A DNA stretch of 64,000 nucleotides from Deltaproteobacteria bacterium (GCA_024276465.1 JAJRXD010000065.1:562-64561), one strand, 5' to 3'. Shown: positions 47,782 through 60,367, numbered from the stretch's first letter. Notes: generated by a model not told the origin, from the letters alone. Numbers and translations are program-made.

Positions 47782-47938
47782 GGCAACTAATATGCCGGAA
47801 ACAGGAGGAATGTAATATTGCACATAACATATTGAATTTAAATGCTTTATTGTGCGGGCAGGGGCAGCAGAAAAAAACGGGCCTGTTTATTAACAGACAT
47901 TATTGTCATATTGTAGTTCTATTACTACATATTTGTAG
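47782..47938 (-). promoter_or_regulatory. sigma54 promoter with an IHF-like site and two palindromic activator sites
   Basis: On - strand CCGGCATATTAGTTGCC gives GG-N10-GC (47782-47798). ATTCAATATGTTA is IHF-like (47825-47837). GACATTATTGTC (47896-47907) and CTACATATTTGTAG (47925-47938) share ACA-N4-TGT. Confidence 0.75.
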
Positions 47939-48044
47939 GATTTAGGCCGGAACCATTAAAGGCTTCACCAGGTTTGACAAAGATGTTGAACCTGCCTCCG
48001 AATTATTCTAATCTGTGAGATGACGGACTTGAGTTAACACATCT

Positions 48045-48200
48045 TTATTTAAGTCCCAATTTTTTCATTTTTTTCCAAAGTGTAACACGGCTAAGCCCAA
48101 GCAGTTTCGATGCCCCGGTCTTATTCCCTCCTGCCATTTGGAGAGCTGTTAAAATATTTTCTTTTCCTGTCCTTATATCAACAGCTGAAGATGGAGACCA
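48045..48200 (-). pseudogene. 3' remnant of an NtrC/Fis-family activator (HTH only)
   Basis: Translates as ...DIRTGKENILTALQMAGGNKTGASKLLGLSRVTLWKKMKKLGLK*. There is an upstream in-frame stop and no AAA+ domain. Confidence 0.8.
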
Positions 48201-48351
48201 CCAGAAAATTAGCAGACAGGTTAATGGATGTCAACGCAGAATTGATCATGCAGGAATAATATTTGACATTACATAAAAAAAATTGTTTTATTTATCCTGA
48301 AAGCGTTTGTATCCCCTCTGAATTGAATGAAAAAAAATATCTTTATGTGAA

Positions 48352-49053
48352 ATGAACCATATAAATACTACTCATCAGGGCTCTTCTGTAACTATTGAAT
48401 TTGACAAAAACGTATATTCCCCGGGAGCTCTCACAGGTCTAATCTGTGACATTATGGAGATAAAGACCGGGGACAGGGTAGTTGATGTGGGATGTGGAAC
48501 CGGGTATATCGGAATTACAGCATCTTTAATCGGTGCATCTGAAGTCATCTGTATTGACCCGGAACCTGAAGCAATCAAGTGGACAAATCATAACGCAAAG
48601 CTGAATGGTGTAGAGAACCTGACCGCAATACAGGGACAGGCCCTTGACCCTGTTAAACATGAACCAGTTGATGTTATTGTCACAATTCCTCCGCAGATGC
48701 CTTACATGAAAAACTTTAACCCCTGGCGATATGGCGGTGCTGACGGCACGGAAGTAATAAGGGAAATAATAAAGCAGGCAGGTATCATTCTCCAAAAAAA
48801 AGGATCGCGACTGTTTCTGGTGCATGCTGCACTGGCATTTCCTGCTAAAGTCCGTGACACATTTTCAGAACATGGTTTTATATTTGATATTGTTAAAACA
48901 GTTGAAAAAAAAATGGATGCTTCAGAATTAAACAGTCTTGCGCCAGGCCTTACAGATTTTCTGATGGAACTTGCACGCCGGGGTATGGCTGAAATAGAGG
49001 AACGCAACGGAAAATATCATTATCCGGTGTGGTTCTACCGCGCTGTTATTTAA
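48352..49053 (+). CDS. Class I SAM-dependent methyltransferase (HemK/PrmC-like)
   Basis: [11 protein letters not shown] motif I, TIPPQMP (NPPY-like), YGGADG. Confidence 0.82.
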   Translation: MNHINTTHQGSSVTIEFDKNVYSPGALTGLICDIMEIKTGDRVVDVGCGTGYIGITASLIGASEVICIDPEPEAIKWTNHNAKLNGVENLTAIQGQALDPVKHEPVDVIVTIPPQMPYMKNFNPWRYGGADGTEVIREIIKQAGIILQKKGSRLFLVHAALAFPAKVRDTFSEHGFIFDIVKTVEKKMDASELNSLAPGLTDFLMELARRGMAEIEERNGKYHYPVWFYRAVI

Positions 49054-49058
49054 ATCCA

Positions 49059-50453
49059 ATGAAAAACAGAAGAATTAAAATCAGAGACATCCTGAAATCA
49101 ACCAAACCCGGAACTACTGTAAAGGCAAAGGGCTGGGTAAGGACTAAAAGGGGCAATAAAAATCTGAATTTTATTGCCTTAAACGATGGTTCAACAATTC
49201 ACAGTATCCAGATTGTTGTTGATGTCCCTGAATTTGAGGACAATATTCTGCAGCAAATTACAACAGGGGCCTGCATCAGTGTCAACGGAACTCTTGTGGA
49301 ATCCATGGGAAAAGGACAAACAGTCGAGATACAGGCAAAAGAGATCAAAGTATATGGGACTGCTGATCCCGAGACCTATCCTTTACAGAAAAAAGGCCAC
49401 AGTCTTGAGTTTTTAAGAGAAATTGCACATTTGAGACCACGAACCAACACATTTGGTGCGGTTCTGAGAGTAAGGCATGCAATGGCGTTTGCCATTCACA
49501 AATATTTTAATGACAGAGGATTTTGCTGTCTGCATACACCAATCATAACAGGATCAGATGCAGAAGGTGCAGGCAATATGTTCAGGGTATCAACCCTTGA
49601 TCCGGAATGCCTGCCGCGGACAGAGAACGGAGCAGTGGATTACAGCAGGGATTTCTTTGGCAGGGAGACAAAGCTCACTGTCTCGGGTCAATTGGAGGGT
49701 GAACTTGCTGCTCTGGCATTATCAGAAATCTACACATTCGGACCGACCTTCAGGGCTGAAAACTCCAACACTGCCCGTCATTTAGCTGAATTCTGGATGG
49801 TGGAACCTGAAATGGCTTTTTACGATCTGACTGACAATATGGATCTTGCCGAGGATTTTATAAAACATCTTATAAATCATGCTTTGACAAACTGCATGGA
49901 TGACCTGGAATTCTTAAACAAAATGTATGACAGGGACCTTGTTGCACGGATGAATTCCATTGTTGACAATAATTTTGCAAGATTAACCTATACAGAGGCT
50001 GTTGAAATATTAAAAAAATCAGGAAAAGATTTTGAGTTCCCGGTTAACTGGGGTTGTGATCTCCAGTCAGAGCACGAAACGTTTCTTGTTGAGACCCATT
50101 TTAAAAAACCGGTTATTCTGACTGACTATCCCAGGGACATAAAAGCATTCTACATGAAACAGAATGAGGGCAGTAAAACTGTAAGGGCAATGGATGTTTT
50201 GTTCCCCAGGATAGGAGAAATAATCGGGGGGTCCCAGCGTGAAGAAAACCATGAAAAACTTTCTGCCAGAGCCAGAGAGCTGAAAATACCTGAAAAGGAC
50301 ATATGGTGGTATCTTGAGACCAGAAAGTTTGGAACTGCTCCTCACAGTGGTTTCGGGCTCGGGTTTGAACGGCTTATTCTGTTTGTAACAGGCATGAGCA
50401 ATATCCGGGATGTTATTCCTTTCCCGAGAACACCAAAAAATGCAGAGTTTTAA
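49059..50453 (+). CDS. asnS: Asparaginyl-tRNA synthetase
   Basis: [55 protein letters not shown] motifs. Confidence 0.98.
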   Translation: MKNRRIKIRDILKSTKPGTTVKAKGWVRTKRGNKNLNFIALNDGSTIHSIQIVVDVPEFEDNILQQITTGACISVNGTLVESMGKGQTVEIQAKEIKVYGTADPETYPLQKKGHSLEFLREIAHLRPRTNTFGAVLRVRHAMAFAIHKYFNDRGFCCLHTPIITGSDAEGAGNMFRVSTLDPECLPRTENGAVDYSRDFFGRETKLTVSGQLEGELAALALSEIYTFGPTFRAENSNTARHLAEFWMVEPEMAFYDLTDNMDLAEDFIKHLINHALTNCMDDLEFLNKMYDRDLVARMNSIVDNNFARLTYTEAVEILKKSGKDFEFPVNWGCDLQSEHETFLVETHFKKPVILTDYPRDIKAFYMKQNEGSKTVRAMDVLFPRIGEIIGGSQREENHEKLSARARELKIPEKDIWWYLETRKFGTAPHSGFGLGFERLILFVTGMSNIRDVIPFPRTPKNAEF

Positions 50454-50473
50454 ACTAAAAGAAAGGATCTGAA

Positions 50474-51598
50474 ATGAACACAAAAAAACAACATGGCATC
50501 TGCCGCGCTTTTACAATTCTGGCAGCAATAGTCCTGACAGCTTTTATCAGTCAGCCTGTACTGGCTGCTGGTGAAAAAATAATGTTTCTGCACCATTCAA
50601 CTGGTGAGGGTGTGTACTGGGAGGGCGGTGTTCCTGACTGGATTGATGATTACAACTCTACTCACGGGACATCCTACCAGATCTTTGAACGAAACTACCC
50701 TGATACCCCCTATCCATGGGAGAACTATCCATATGATTACTGGAACCTTTGGGTTAAAGGCAACTGTGATTCCAGCAATCCTGACATTGAGTGCATGAAT
50801 ACGCTCACACAAAATTATGATGTTATTATTTTCAAACACTGTTTTCCAGGGGCAGCAATTGAGCCTGATTCCGGCAACCCTGACGTAACATCATCGACAA
50901 AAACCCTGGAGAATTACAAGCTTCAGTACCGGGCGCTGAGGGATATGATGGACAGCTACCCTGATAATCTTTTCATAGTTTGGACCCTTACACCTCTGCA
51001 CAGGCTTGACACCAGCGAGGATGAAGCCTCAAGAGCAAAACAGTTTGTTGGCTGGGTAAAAAAAGAATTTTTGTTTGAGGACGGCATACTGCATCCAAAT
51101 ATAACAGTTTTTGACTTCTGGGGCATTGTTGCCGAAGATAGCCTGAACCCCTCAAAAGGCAAGACAAACTGTCTAAAGTATGAATACGAAGGCAGCCATT
51201 TGCTCTCTGATTCACACCCCAACTACGATGCAAACCAGGCTGCCGGACCTCAATTTGCACAGACCATTGTCAGCGCCATAGAGAGCTATTTCGGAACATC
51301 CGACAGCAGTGACAACGGAACTGACACCGTCGATGACAATAATACTGATAGCAATGATGATGACAGCGATGAAAATGTCAGCGAATGCCCTGCATCACAG
51401 ATTCTTGGCAGTAACAATCCCAGGCTTGATAAATTGAGAAGATTTCGAGATAATGTCCTTGCTGAAACCACAGCAGGAAGAAAACTGATTGGGCTCTACT
51501 ACAGCAATGAAAAAATAATCAATGATATTCTTGGTACAAGCCCTTTGCTAAAAAAATCAGCAGCTAAAATTCTGGTGGCAATCATCGATCTGTTATAG
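50474..51598 (+). CDS. Secreted protein: SGNH-like domain, acidic linker and CFI-box-CTERM-like C-terminal domain
   Basis: Signal peptide, FLHHSTG ... IIFKHCF ... DSHPN, D/S/N-rich linker, CPASQILG...LRRFRDNVL...GRKLIGLYY. Confidence 0.7.
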   Translation: MNTKKQHGICRAFTILAAIVLTAFISQPVLAAGEKIMFLHHSTGEGVYWEGGVPDWIDDYNSTHGTSYQIFERNYPDTPYPWENYPYDYWNLWVKGNCDSSNPDIECMNTLTQNYDVIIFKHCFPGAAIEPDSGNPDVTSSTKTLENYKLQYRALRDMMDSYPDNLFIVWTLTPLHRLDTSEDEASRAKQFVGWVKKEFLFEDGILHPNITVFDFWGIVAEDSLNPSKGKTNCLKYEYEGSHLLSDSHPNYDANQAAGPQFAQTIVSAIESYFGTSDSSDNGTDTVDDNNTDSNDDDSDENVSECPASQILGSNNPRLDKLRRFRDNVLAETTAGRKLIGLYYSNEKIINDILGTSPLLKKSAAKILVAIIDLL

Positions 51599-51773
51599 TC
51601 ATAGATTACATGGCACAGAGGGTTGACGGGTTGCGGGTTAAAAATATGTTTATTTAAACGCGTAACATTCAAGTTAACAAGAAATTAGACGGGTAAAATA
51701 ATATTACTTTTAATATGAAAAAGCCTTGTCAACAATAAACCAGATGCAAAGAGGGACACTTCCCATACCCCCT

Positions 51774-53441
51774 TTACTCCTGCGCCTTAACCTCTACAAC
51801 CAGGCAACCGGTAAAACTGATGTCGTACTGCTCGTTGCTTGAAGCAGCTACAAAAGGCTCCAGGATTTTATCATTGACAATGTCATAAACAGAGTAGGTC
51901 GAGCCTGGAATTAAATTTGACAGTTCCACACTTCCTGTGTAGGTGCCCTCGTTTTGTGTAAAAAATGAAAAGTAGAGATTGACTCCATTGCTCAGCAAAT
52001 ATGTCTCTACGGGCTTCCATGAAAAAAATGAAGTGTTAATCCACTCCATATCATAGAACCTGTAATCTGAGTACAGGGCAAACCATTTTCTGTAGCGGTC
52101 CCCAGGGTCCTGAGTAAATTTGGTTTCAAGTACCATTCCCAGGGCAACGACCGAAGCAAAATCAGCATCACTTATTTTGTCATAGAATGCAGGGTTTCGA
52201 ATCTCATCACTCCCCACATCCCCCTCGACTAACTCTATGTGGTCCCCTAAAACTGCTGCCCCGTTTATGTTGAGACCATGCAGATACTTTGCCCGTCTTC
52301 TGAACTGTAACGGGCCAACAGGATCAGATGTTATGAGCTGATTTTCACCCGGGAAGTGGTGAAAGTTCTGCGCAATACCGCAGTTACAGGTATTTATGAC
52401 AAAATCCGGGTTTATACTTGCTGCCATGGTGTAGATATCTTTAAAAAGAGCTGAATACTGCAGGTGGATATCCGGATCATCTGAAATTATTTCATATACG
52501 TCATCCTGTTTAAAACCGTCTACGCCATAGCTCATGAAACGTTTCACTATATTTATATTCCATTGCCTCACCTCTTCCAGGGATGGGTCCAGATACCAGT
52601 CACCAGTATCTTTAGAATTGCCCCATGACGGGGTAACCTTTGAGTAAAACCAGTCAGGATGGCTGGCAAAAAGATTTGTGCCAGATTCTGCAACTCCTGG
52701 TGTCCACCAGACCTTTACTTTGAATCCCTCATCATGAAAGGTTTCAATTAAATCAATGAGATCACTTTCAGTCCCGATAACATCAGGGTTTACCGGAAAA
52801 TCACCTGCAAGGGCATCCCAGTCATCAGTTCCTCTGCCATACCATCCGGAATCCAGGGTAATTGACCTGATCCCCAGCTCCTTAAACAGCGGGAGCATCT
52901 CCTTCACTATCAAAGGAGTCCAGGTTTCTTCAAAGCCGTAGGTTTCCCATACAGGGTCAAATGCCCAGTCTGGGGCTGACTGTGTGGCAATTCCCCGCTT
53001 TTGCATCTGCAGTGCAAACTCCCTCAGGGCCTCGTAGTAGTCTCCCTGATGGGTATACTTTACAATGTTGCTCCCCCCCTGTGCTTCAATCGTAACAGCC
53101 CCTGAATCCTCAACAATCAGTTGCACCGTAAACAGCTCATGCTGGTCGGAAATATTGAAAAGCGCAACCCCACCCTGCTCAGACCAGATGTCAACAAGAG
53201 GTATCCCTCCCAGCCAGGGAGCACCCATGGTGTAAACCCCCTCAGTACTGTCAGTTGCCTGATAAACCAGGTCATCGCCCCAACCATTGCCCTGCGGGAT
53301 ACCGTTGAAAACCATCACCTTATCCGCAACAATGGTTGCACTTTCATCCCACTCGTCACTTAGAGTGCAGGCACACAGAGCAACGATGATAAGCATGATT
53401 ATATATATACTGCGCAATAAATTTGTTTGGTTCATAAGCAT
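51774..53441 (-). CDS. Glycoside hydrolase, alpha-galactosidase-like (GH36/clan D) lipoprotein
   Basis: Lipobox LCAC, WETYG, TLDSGWY, KVWWTP, LDPS, GVDGFKQDD, NTCNCG motifs. Confidence 0.72.
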   Translation of the reverse strand: MLMNQTNLLRSIYIIMLIIVALCACTLSDEWDESATIVADKVMVFNGIPQGNGWGDDLVYQATDSTEGVYTMGAPWLGGIPLVDIWSEQGGVALFNISDQHELFTVQLIVEDSGAVTIEAQGGSNIVKYTHQGDYYEALREFALQMQKRGIATQSAPDWAFDPVWETYGFEETWTPLIVKEMLPLFKELGIRSITLDSGWYGRGTDDWDALAGDFPVNPDVIGTESDLIDLIETFHDEGFKVKVWWTPGVAESGTNLFASHPDWFYSKVTPSWGNSKDTGDWYLDPSLEEVRQWNINIVKRFMSYGVDGFKQDDVYEIISDDPDIHLQYSALFKDIYTMAASINPDFVINTCNCGIAQNFHHFPGENQLITSDPVGPLQFRRRAKYLHGLNINGAAVLGDHIELVEGDVGSDEIRNPAFYDKISDADFASVVALGMVLETKFTQDPGDRYRKWFALYSDYRFYDMEWINTSFFSWKPVETYLLSNGVNLYFSFFTQNEGTYTGSVELSNLIPGSTYSVYDIVNDKILEPFVAASSNEQYDISFTGCLVVEVKAQE

Positions 53442-53531
53442 GAATTTCTGTTGTTGCTCAAAAACAGCCTTTGTCTACAATAACGCATGAAATAAAAAAT
53501 ACTGTCTGAATTGCAGAAGTTGAATATGACA

Positions 53532-53579
53532 ATGTTATAAAAAGTAAAATATTTACTTTTTATAACATATTTTTTGACA
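53532..53579. repeat. 17-bp perfect inverted repeat overlapping copy 1 of a 32-bp direct repeat
   Basis: ATGTTATAAAAAGTAAA-ATA-TTTACTTTTTATAACAT. AATATTTACTTTTTATAA(C/G)ATATTTTTTGACA occurs at 53548 and 55498. Confidence 0.75.
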
Positions 53580-53942
53580 ACACATCTGATTTATTAAAAA
53601 GATAAAGCCCGCAATATTAATCATCCCGTAAAAAGTGTTTTTTCTTTAACACTCTGCAATTTTTTGATGTTTGGCTGATAAAACTAAAAACTTTTGTTTC
53701 TGACACAGCAACTGATCTGAAATTTCCAAACAGCATTAAAATTTGTGCAGCACGGTAGTAACTTCAACATAAAAAAGACGGGCACATTCCATGAAAAAAA
53801 CATTGCTGCTTCTCATCATTCCTGTGGCTGTATGCTTTGCTGCCTGCCCTGCAGCTTTAATTCTGGCCCCTTTACCTCTGTGTCTCTCTCACGATGTTAA
53901 AAAATGCTTGATTTATCTTCCATTGGAAGATAATATTAGGCT

Positions 53943-55256
53943 ATGGATTTGCTGATAGAGAAAATAATCGCCGATTTTCAAGAGCGTGACCTGCCTTCTC
54001 TTACCCTGCGTCATCAACAACTGCCTGCTGTTCCTGGCAAAATTGATAGCATTATAGGCATGAGGCGTACAGGCAAAACCTTTTTCATCTATCAAATTAT
54101 TGCTGACATTCTCTCGCGGGGTATTGAGAAGTCAACAGTGCTTTATATCAATTTTGACGATGATCGACTGTACCCCCTCACCGCTGCTGATCTGCACCGC
54201 GTTACCGATGTTTACCACCGTCTTTACCCTGAAAACAAGAACAGGTTATGTCATTTTTTCTTTGATGAAATTCAAAACATTCAGGGCTGGGAGCGTTTTG
54301 TCAGGCGTTTAATCGATACTGAAAATGTTCAAATAGCACTGACCGGATCTTCCGCAAAACTGCTCAGCCATGAAATTGCAACCACGCTTCGGGGCCGGTC
54401 AATCGCCACTGAGATTTTTCCGTTCAGTTTCACCGAAGTCCTGTCGCATGAGGGTATTGTCATTGATGCATCACCGCGCCCCGGTGCAAAACAGCGAGCC
54501 TTGCTGCAGAACCGCTTTCGCAATTTTTTAACAGCAGGCGGTTTTCCTGAGGTGCAAAATATAGCCGCACCCCTGCGCATACGAATTTTGCAGGAATATG
54601 TTGATGTAGTAATTTTGCGGGATGTTGTTGAGCGATATAAGATTGGTAATATCCAGCCGCTTCGTGCTATGATTCGCCATCTTCTGAGTGCTCCTGCGAC
54701 AATGTTCAGTGTTAATAAATTTTATAACGATCTAAAGTCACATGGAATATCATGCGGCAAAAATACGTTGCACGAATTATTCGATCATCTTTGTGATGCC
54801 TACCTTTTATACCCTGTTTCAATTTATTCCCGATCACAAAGAGCGAAAAGAGTCAATCCGCGCAAGGTTTATGCTATAGATTCGGGGCTTGCACACGCAT
54901 TTGCCCACAGTCCGACTGCAGGCTGGGGGCACCTTCTTGAAAATGTAGTTTTTATGGAACTCCGGCGCCGAAACCTTGCAATCGAATATTATCGGACCAA
55001 AAATGGTTTTGAAGTAGATTTTATTACAACATCACACGACGGCACCCTTATGTTGATTCAGGTGTCAGCAAGATTAGCGGATCCGGACACCCGATATCGT
55101 GAAATACGGGCACTTAGCGATGCCATGGAAGAAACAGGTATTCCGCACGGCACAATTCTGACACTTGACGATGAGGAAATTATCGAAACACGGCACGGAG
55201 ATGTCAACATTTTGCCTGCCTGGCTTTGGATGTTAAAAAAATCAGGCAAAGTTTGA
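53943..55256 (+). CDS. AAA+ ATPase with a DUF4143 C-terminal domain (COG1373)
   Basis: GMRRTGKT, FFDEIQN, TGSSAKLLS..LRGR, GGFPE, KVYAIDSG, LENVVF, EVDF, IQVS motifs. Confidence 0.93.
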   Translation: MDLLIEKIIADFQERDLPSLTLRHQQLPAVPGKIDSIIGMRRTGKTFFIYQIIADILSRGIEKSTVLYINFDDDRLYPLTAADLHRVTDVYHRLYPENKNRLCHFFFDEIQNIQGWERFVRRLIDTENVQIALTGSSAKLLSHEIATTLRGRSIATEIFPFSFTEVLSHEGIVIDASPRPGAKQRALLQNRFRNFLTAGGFPEVQNIAAPLRIRILQEYVDVVILRDVVERYKIGNIQPLRAMIRHLLSAPATMFSVNKFYNDLKSHGISCGKNTLHELFDHLCDAYLLYPVSIYSRSQRAKRVNPRKVYAIDSGLAHAFAHSPTAGWGHLLENVVFMELRRRNLAIEYYRTKNGFEVDFITTSHDGTLMLIQVSARLADPDTRYREIRALSDAMEETGIPHGTILTLDDEEIIETRHGDVNILPAWLWMLKKSGKV

Positions 55257-55539
55257 TTTTTTTAATTGATTTAGCTGTTTTTATAGCATTCCAGGTATGT
55301 CTGGGGACGCAGCAGTTATTTATTTATGAGACAGAAAAAAAGAGTGTCACTGGCATGCCAGTGGATTATTCCCTCGATTTAGTATTGATATTGATTACCC
55401 TTGTTCTTAAAGATATCCCTTAAAAGCAATAAAGCATACTATAGAAAAATCAACTGTCATGAGCTGAATATATATAAATTTATATAAAATAGAGTTGAAT
55501 ATTTACTTTTTATAAGATATTTTTTGACACCCTATTTAT

Positions 55540-55720
55540 TATATTATATCATTAATGTCCAAAACAAGATATTAACATATTGTTTTTGCATGTGTTTCAA
55601 GGTTGAGATTGCTTCGGTCGTACCTCCCTCGCAATGACATTAACTGTTTGATTTTGCTTTGCATTGTCATTGCGAGCGAAGCGTGGCAATCTCGTTCTTG
55701 GACAACAATGATATTATATA
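55540..55720. repeat. MITE-like element containing an inverted REP doublet
   Basis: Outer arms TATATTATATCATTAATGTCCAA / TTGGACAACAATGATATTATATA (20/23). Inner GAGATTGCTTCG...CTCGCAATGACA and TGTCATTGCGAG...GCAATCTC (55605-55693). Confidence 0.75.
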
Positions 55721-56048
55721 ATACTTTTATTACTAAAACAAGGGCTCACCAAGCAACAAATTTTATTTAGAATAGTGATAAGTTACTTCTAAAAAATGTA
55801 TGTGGACAAACATTGGCTACAGTTTTTCTCTGAAATAAACACAGATTATTGTGATGTGGTTTAATAAAAACAGACACAGAAGTGGTCTGTAAGGATTGAA
55901 ACACAAAATAGTGGTGCTGATTTGCCGTTTGTAGAGGTGATCGAGTCTGTTATTACTATTCAATAATCATTTTTATTTTGTTTGATTGTTTGTCATTCTG
56001 AGGTCAGGCGGTACAGTATTTCAGGAAGGGGTAATAAGAGCAAGGAGT

Positions 56049-56468
56049 CTAAGGGCCTTCATTCCCTGCAACTTTAATTCTTGCCCTGGCCCTGAGCAGT
56101 GCATCTTTTGCACGTTTCAAGTCAAGACTCCTGTCTTCTGAATCAATAATCTGTTCTGCTCTTTTCTTCGCGGCAATTGCCCTCTCAAGATCAATCTGCT
56201 CTTTCATCTCTGCACTTTGTGCAATTATGGTCAGACCACCGCTGTAAACCATGAAAAAGCCTTTGTCAACAAAAGCATTAAACTTCTTTTCCGGGTCTCC
56301 GCTTGCTCTCAGCACTCCTGTATCTAAAGTCCCGATCAGGGGCGCATGCCCAGGCAGAACACCAATTGGTCCCATGCCAGTGGGAATTACCGCTGAGTTT
56401 ACATAATCATCTATTAATTGTTTTTCCTGAGTAATAAGCTCAAGTTTATAACTTTTTCTGTCTGTCAT
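56049..56468 (-). CDS. atpC: ATP synthase epsilon subunit
   Basis: GVLPGHAPLI, IDLERA..AKKRAE, RARARI motifs, plus operon position. Confidence 0.95.
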   Translation of the reverse strand: MTDRKSYKLELITQEKQLIDDYVNSAVIPTGMGPIGVLPGHAPLIGTLDTGVLRASGDPEKKFNAFVDKGFFMVYSGGLTIIAQSAEMKEQIDLERAIAAKKRAEQIIDSEDRSLDLKRAKDALLRARARIKVAGNEGP

Positions 56469-56469
56469 T

Positions 56470-57888
<1,419 letters not shown>

Positions 57889-57935
57889 TTAGTTGATAAT
57901 ATTATTATAATTTACAGATGATGTTTTTGATTGTT

Positions 57936-58811
57936 TTAACCATTCAGTGCTTCAACCCCACCAATAATGTCTATAAGTTCTCGTGTGATGGTTGCCTGCC
58001 GTGCCTTGTTATAAGTCAGGGTAAGCTCCTGAATAACTTCTTCTGCATTGTCATTGGCATTACGCATGGAAACCATTCTGGCTGCATATTCGCTTGCAAG
58101 TGATTCTATCACAGAATGATAGAGTTGTGTTTCCAGATAACTTGGAATAAGCTGATTTACGACTTCAGCAAAGCTGGGTTCAACTATGAAATCAACTGAC
58201 CATTTGACAATTTCTCTTTTTTCCTCCTCGGTAAGCTGGGGAATTGGCAGATGCTGAACTGTTTCAGGAACATGCACCAGCACATTTTCAAACTTGCTGT
58301 ACAAAATATAAACGCTGTCAACCCTGCCTGACGTGAACCCATCCGTCAGATATCCATTAATGTCTTTTACTTTCTTTTCAATATCATCACCCCATGGCAC
58401 ATCATGATATTCTTCAATATTGTATCCCATTTTGGACAGGGCATCGCAGCCTTTTCGCCCGATGGCAATAATGGATATTTCTTTTTCACTGTGCTCAGTA
58501 AAAAATTTTTCAACAGCATTTATCACATTTACATTAAATGTGCCACACAGCCCCCTGTCAGAAGTTATTACAATCAGATTTATTTTCCTGATCTCTTTTT
58601 CGGAAAACATGGGGTGCTCCACCTCGTCAACCGATGAACAGAGTGACCGCATTATGGTTCCCATGCCGTTCACATAAGGCCTGGAGCTTTCTGCCTGTGT
58701 GCGAACCCTGTTCAGCTTAACCGCAGCCACCATTTCCATTGCTTTGGTTATCTGCTGGGTTGACTTTATTCCCCGTATTCTTCTGAGTATCTCTCTTGGT
58801 GACTGTGGCAT
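57936..58811 (-). CDS. atpG: ATP synthase gamma subunit
   Basis: ITKAMEMVAA, TSDRGLCG, SEYAARMVSM, YNKARQATIT motifs. Confidence 0.98.
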   Translation of the reverse strand: MPQSPREILRRIRGIKSTQQITKAMEMVAAVKLNRVRTQAESSRPYVNGMGTIMRSLCSSVDEVEHPMFSEKEIRKINLIVITSDRGLCGTFNVNVINAVEKFFTEHSEKEISIIAIGRKGCDALSKMGYNIEEYHDVPWGDDIEKKVKDINGYLTDGFTSGRVDSVYILYSKFENVLVHVPETVQHLPIPQLTEEEKREIVKWSVDFIVEPSFAEVVNQLIPSYLETQLYHSVIESLASEYAARMVSMRNANDNAEEVIQELTLTYNKARQATITRELIDIIGGVEALNG

Positions 58812-58816
58812 AATAA

Positions 58817-60337
58817 CTATTTGAATGTTTTTTTAAATTCTTCACAGGCTGTTTTAATGTTCTCAGCCACATCGCCTGTCAGCTCATTCGCTTTTTTCAG
58901 GGCCTTATCAATATTCGGAAAATTCTGTTTTACAAAACTTAAGAATTCTTTTTCAAAGGCCTTAATACGATCTGTGGGAACATCATCAATCAGGCCCTGT
59001 CCTGTTACATAAACAATAACTACCTGGTCATCTACTGAATAAGGCTGATACTGTGGTTGTTTAAGAACCTCTATCAGGCGCTCACCTCTGCTGAGCTGTG
59101 CCTGCGTGGACTTGTCAAGCTCCGATCCAAACTTTGTAAAGGCTTCCAGTTCCCTGTACTGGGCAAGGTCAAGACGAAGGGAACCTGCTACTTTCTTCAT
59201 GGCCTTGTTCTGAGCGTTTCCACCAACTCGTGAAACCGAAAGTCCTGCATTAATGGCCGGTCTGACTCCGGCATAAAACAGGTCGCTTTCCAGATAAATC
59301 TGGCCGTCGGTAATGGAAATAACGTTTGTGGGGATATAGGCTGAAAAGTCTCCTGCCTGTGTTTCAACTATCGGAAGCGCAGTAAGGGATCCGCTTCCCA
59401 GTTCATCACACAGTTTTGCCGATCTTTCCAAAAGGCGGGAATGAAGGTTGAAAATATCTCCCGGAAATGCCTCTCGCCCGGGAGGGCGTCTTAGAAGAAG
59501 CGAAACCTGCCTGTAGGCAACAGCATGTTTCCACAAGTCATCATATATTATAAGAGCATGCTTTCCGTTATCTCTGAACTCCTCTCCCATGGCACAACCT
59601 GAAAAAGGAGAAATATACTGGAGGGGCGCAGGATCACTTGCATTTGCTGCAACAACAATTGTATATTTCATTGCATCATATTTCTCCAGCGTCTCAACAA
59701 CCCGCAGGACTGTCGACTGCCTCTGCCCTATGGCAACGTATATGCAGTAGACCGGGTCACCTGCTTCATATGCTTCCCTTTGATTTATAATAGCATCTAT
59801 TGTTATTGCTGTTTTTCCTGTCTGCCGGTCACCAATGATGAGCTCTCTCTGTCCGCGTCCTATTGGTATCATGGAATCGATAGCCTTGATACCAGTCTGC
59901 AGAGGCTCCTTAACAGGCTGCCTTTTTACAACATTGGGGGAATCATTCTCAATTGGTCGAAACTTATCACTGTCTATCGGACCTTTTCCATCAACCGGTT
60001 CGCCAAGAGCATTTACTGCGCGCCCTAACAGGGCATCCCCAACAGGCACAGATATTACCCTTCCCGTTGATTTCACTGTATGGCCCTCCTTGACTTTTCT
60101 GCTGTCTCCAAGGAGTACTGCCCCTACAGAATCTTCTTCGAGGTTAAGTGCTATGCCATGCACACCACTTTCAAATTCTAACAGCTCGGATGCCTTGCAT
60201 TTTTCAAGGCCGTAAATACGGGCAACACAGTCTCCTACCTGAAGCACTGTTCCCACGCTCTCCATTTTAAACTCTTCTTTATAGTTTTCGATTTCCCTGC
60301 GTATGACTGATGTTATTTCTTCTGCTTTTAATTCCAA
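58817..60337 (-). CDS. atpA: ATP synthase alpha subunit
   Basis: [35 protein letters not shown] motifs. Confidence 0.98.
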   Translation of the reverse strand: MELKAEEITSVIRREIENYKEEFKMESVGTVLQVGDCVARIYGLEKCKASELLEFESGVHGIALNLEEDSVGAVLLGDSRKVKEGHTVKSTGRVISVPVGDALLGRAVNALGEPVDGKGPIDSDKFRPIENDSPNVVKRQPVKEPLQTGIKAIDSMIPIGRGQRELIIGDRQTGKTAITIDAIINQREAYEAGDPVYCIYVAIGQRQSTVLRVVETLEKYDAMKYTIVVAANASDPAPLQYISPFSGCAMGEEFRDNGKHALIIYDDLWKHAVAYRQVSLLLRRPPGREAFPGDIFNLHSRLLERSAKLCDELGSGSLTALPIVETQAGDFSAYIPTNVISITDGQIYLESDLFYAGVRPAINAGLSVSRVGGNAQNKAMKKVAGSLRLDLAQYRELEAFTKFGSELDKSTQAQLSRGERLIEVLKQPQYQPYSVDDQVVIVYVTGQGLIDDVPTDRIKAFEKEFLSFVKQNFPNIDKALKKANELTGDVAENIKTACEEFKKTFK

Positions 60338-60367
60338 AACCGATAGCTCCTTTTATTGTTGTTTCGC

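Noticed and set aside
55790-55930. Scattered CACA/TGTG words resembling DnaA or NrdR boxes downstream of atpC
   Set aside because: Too many mismatches and no regular spacing.
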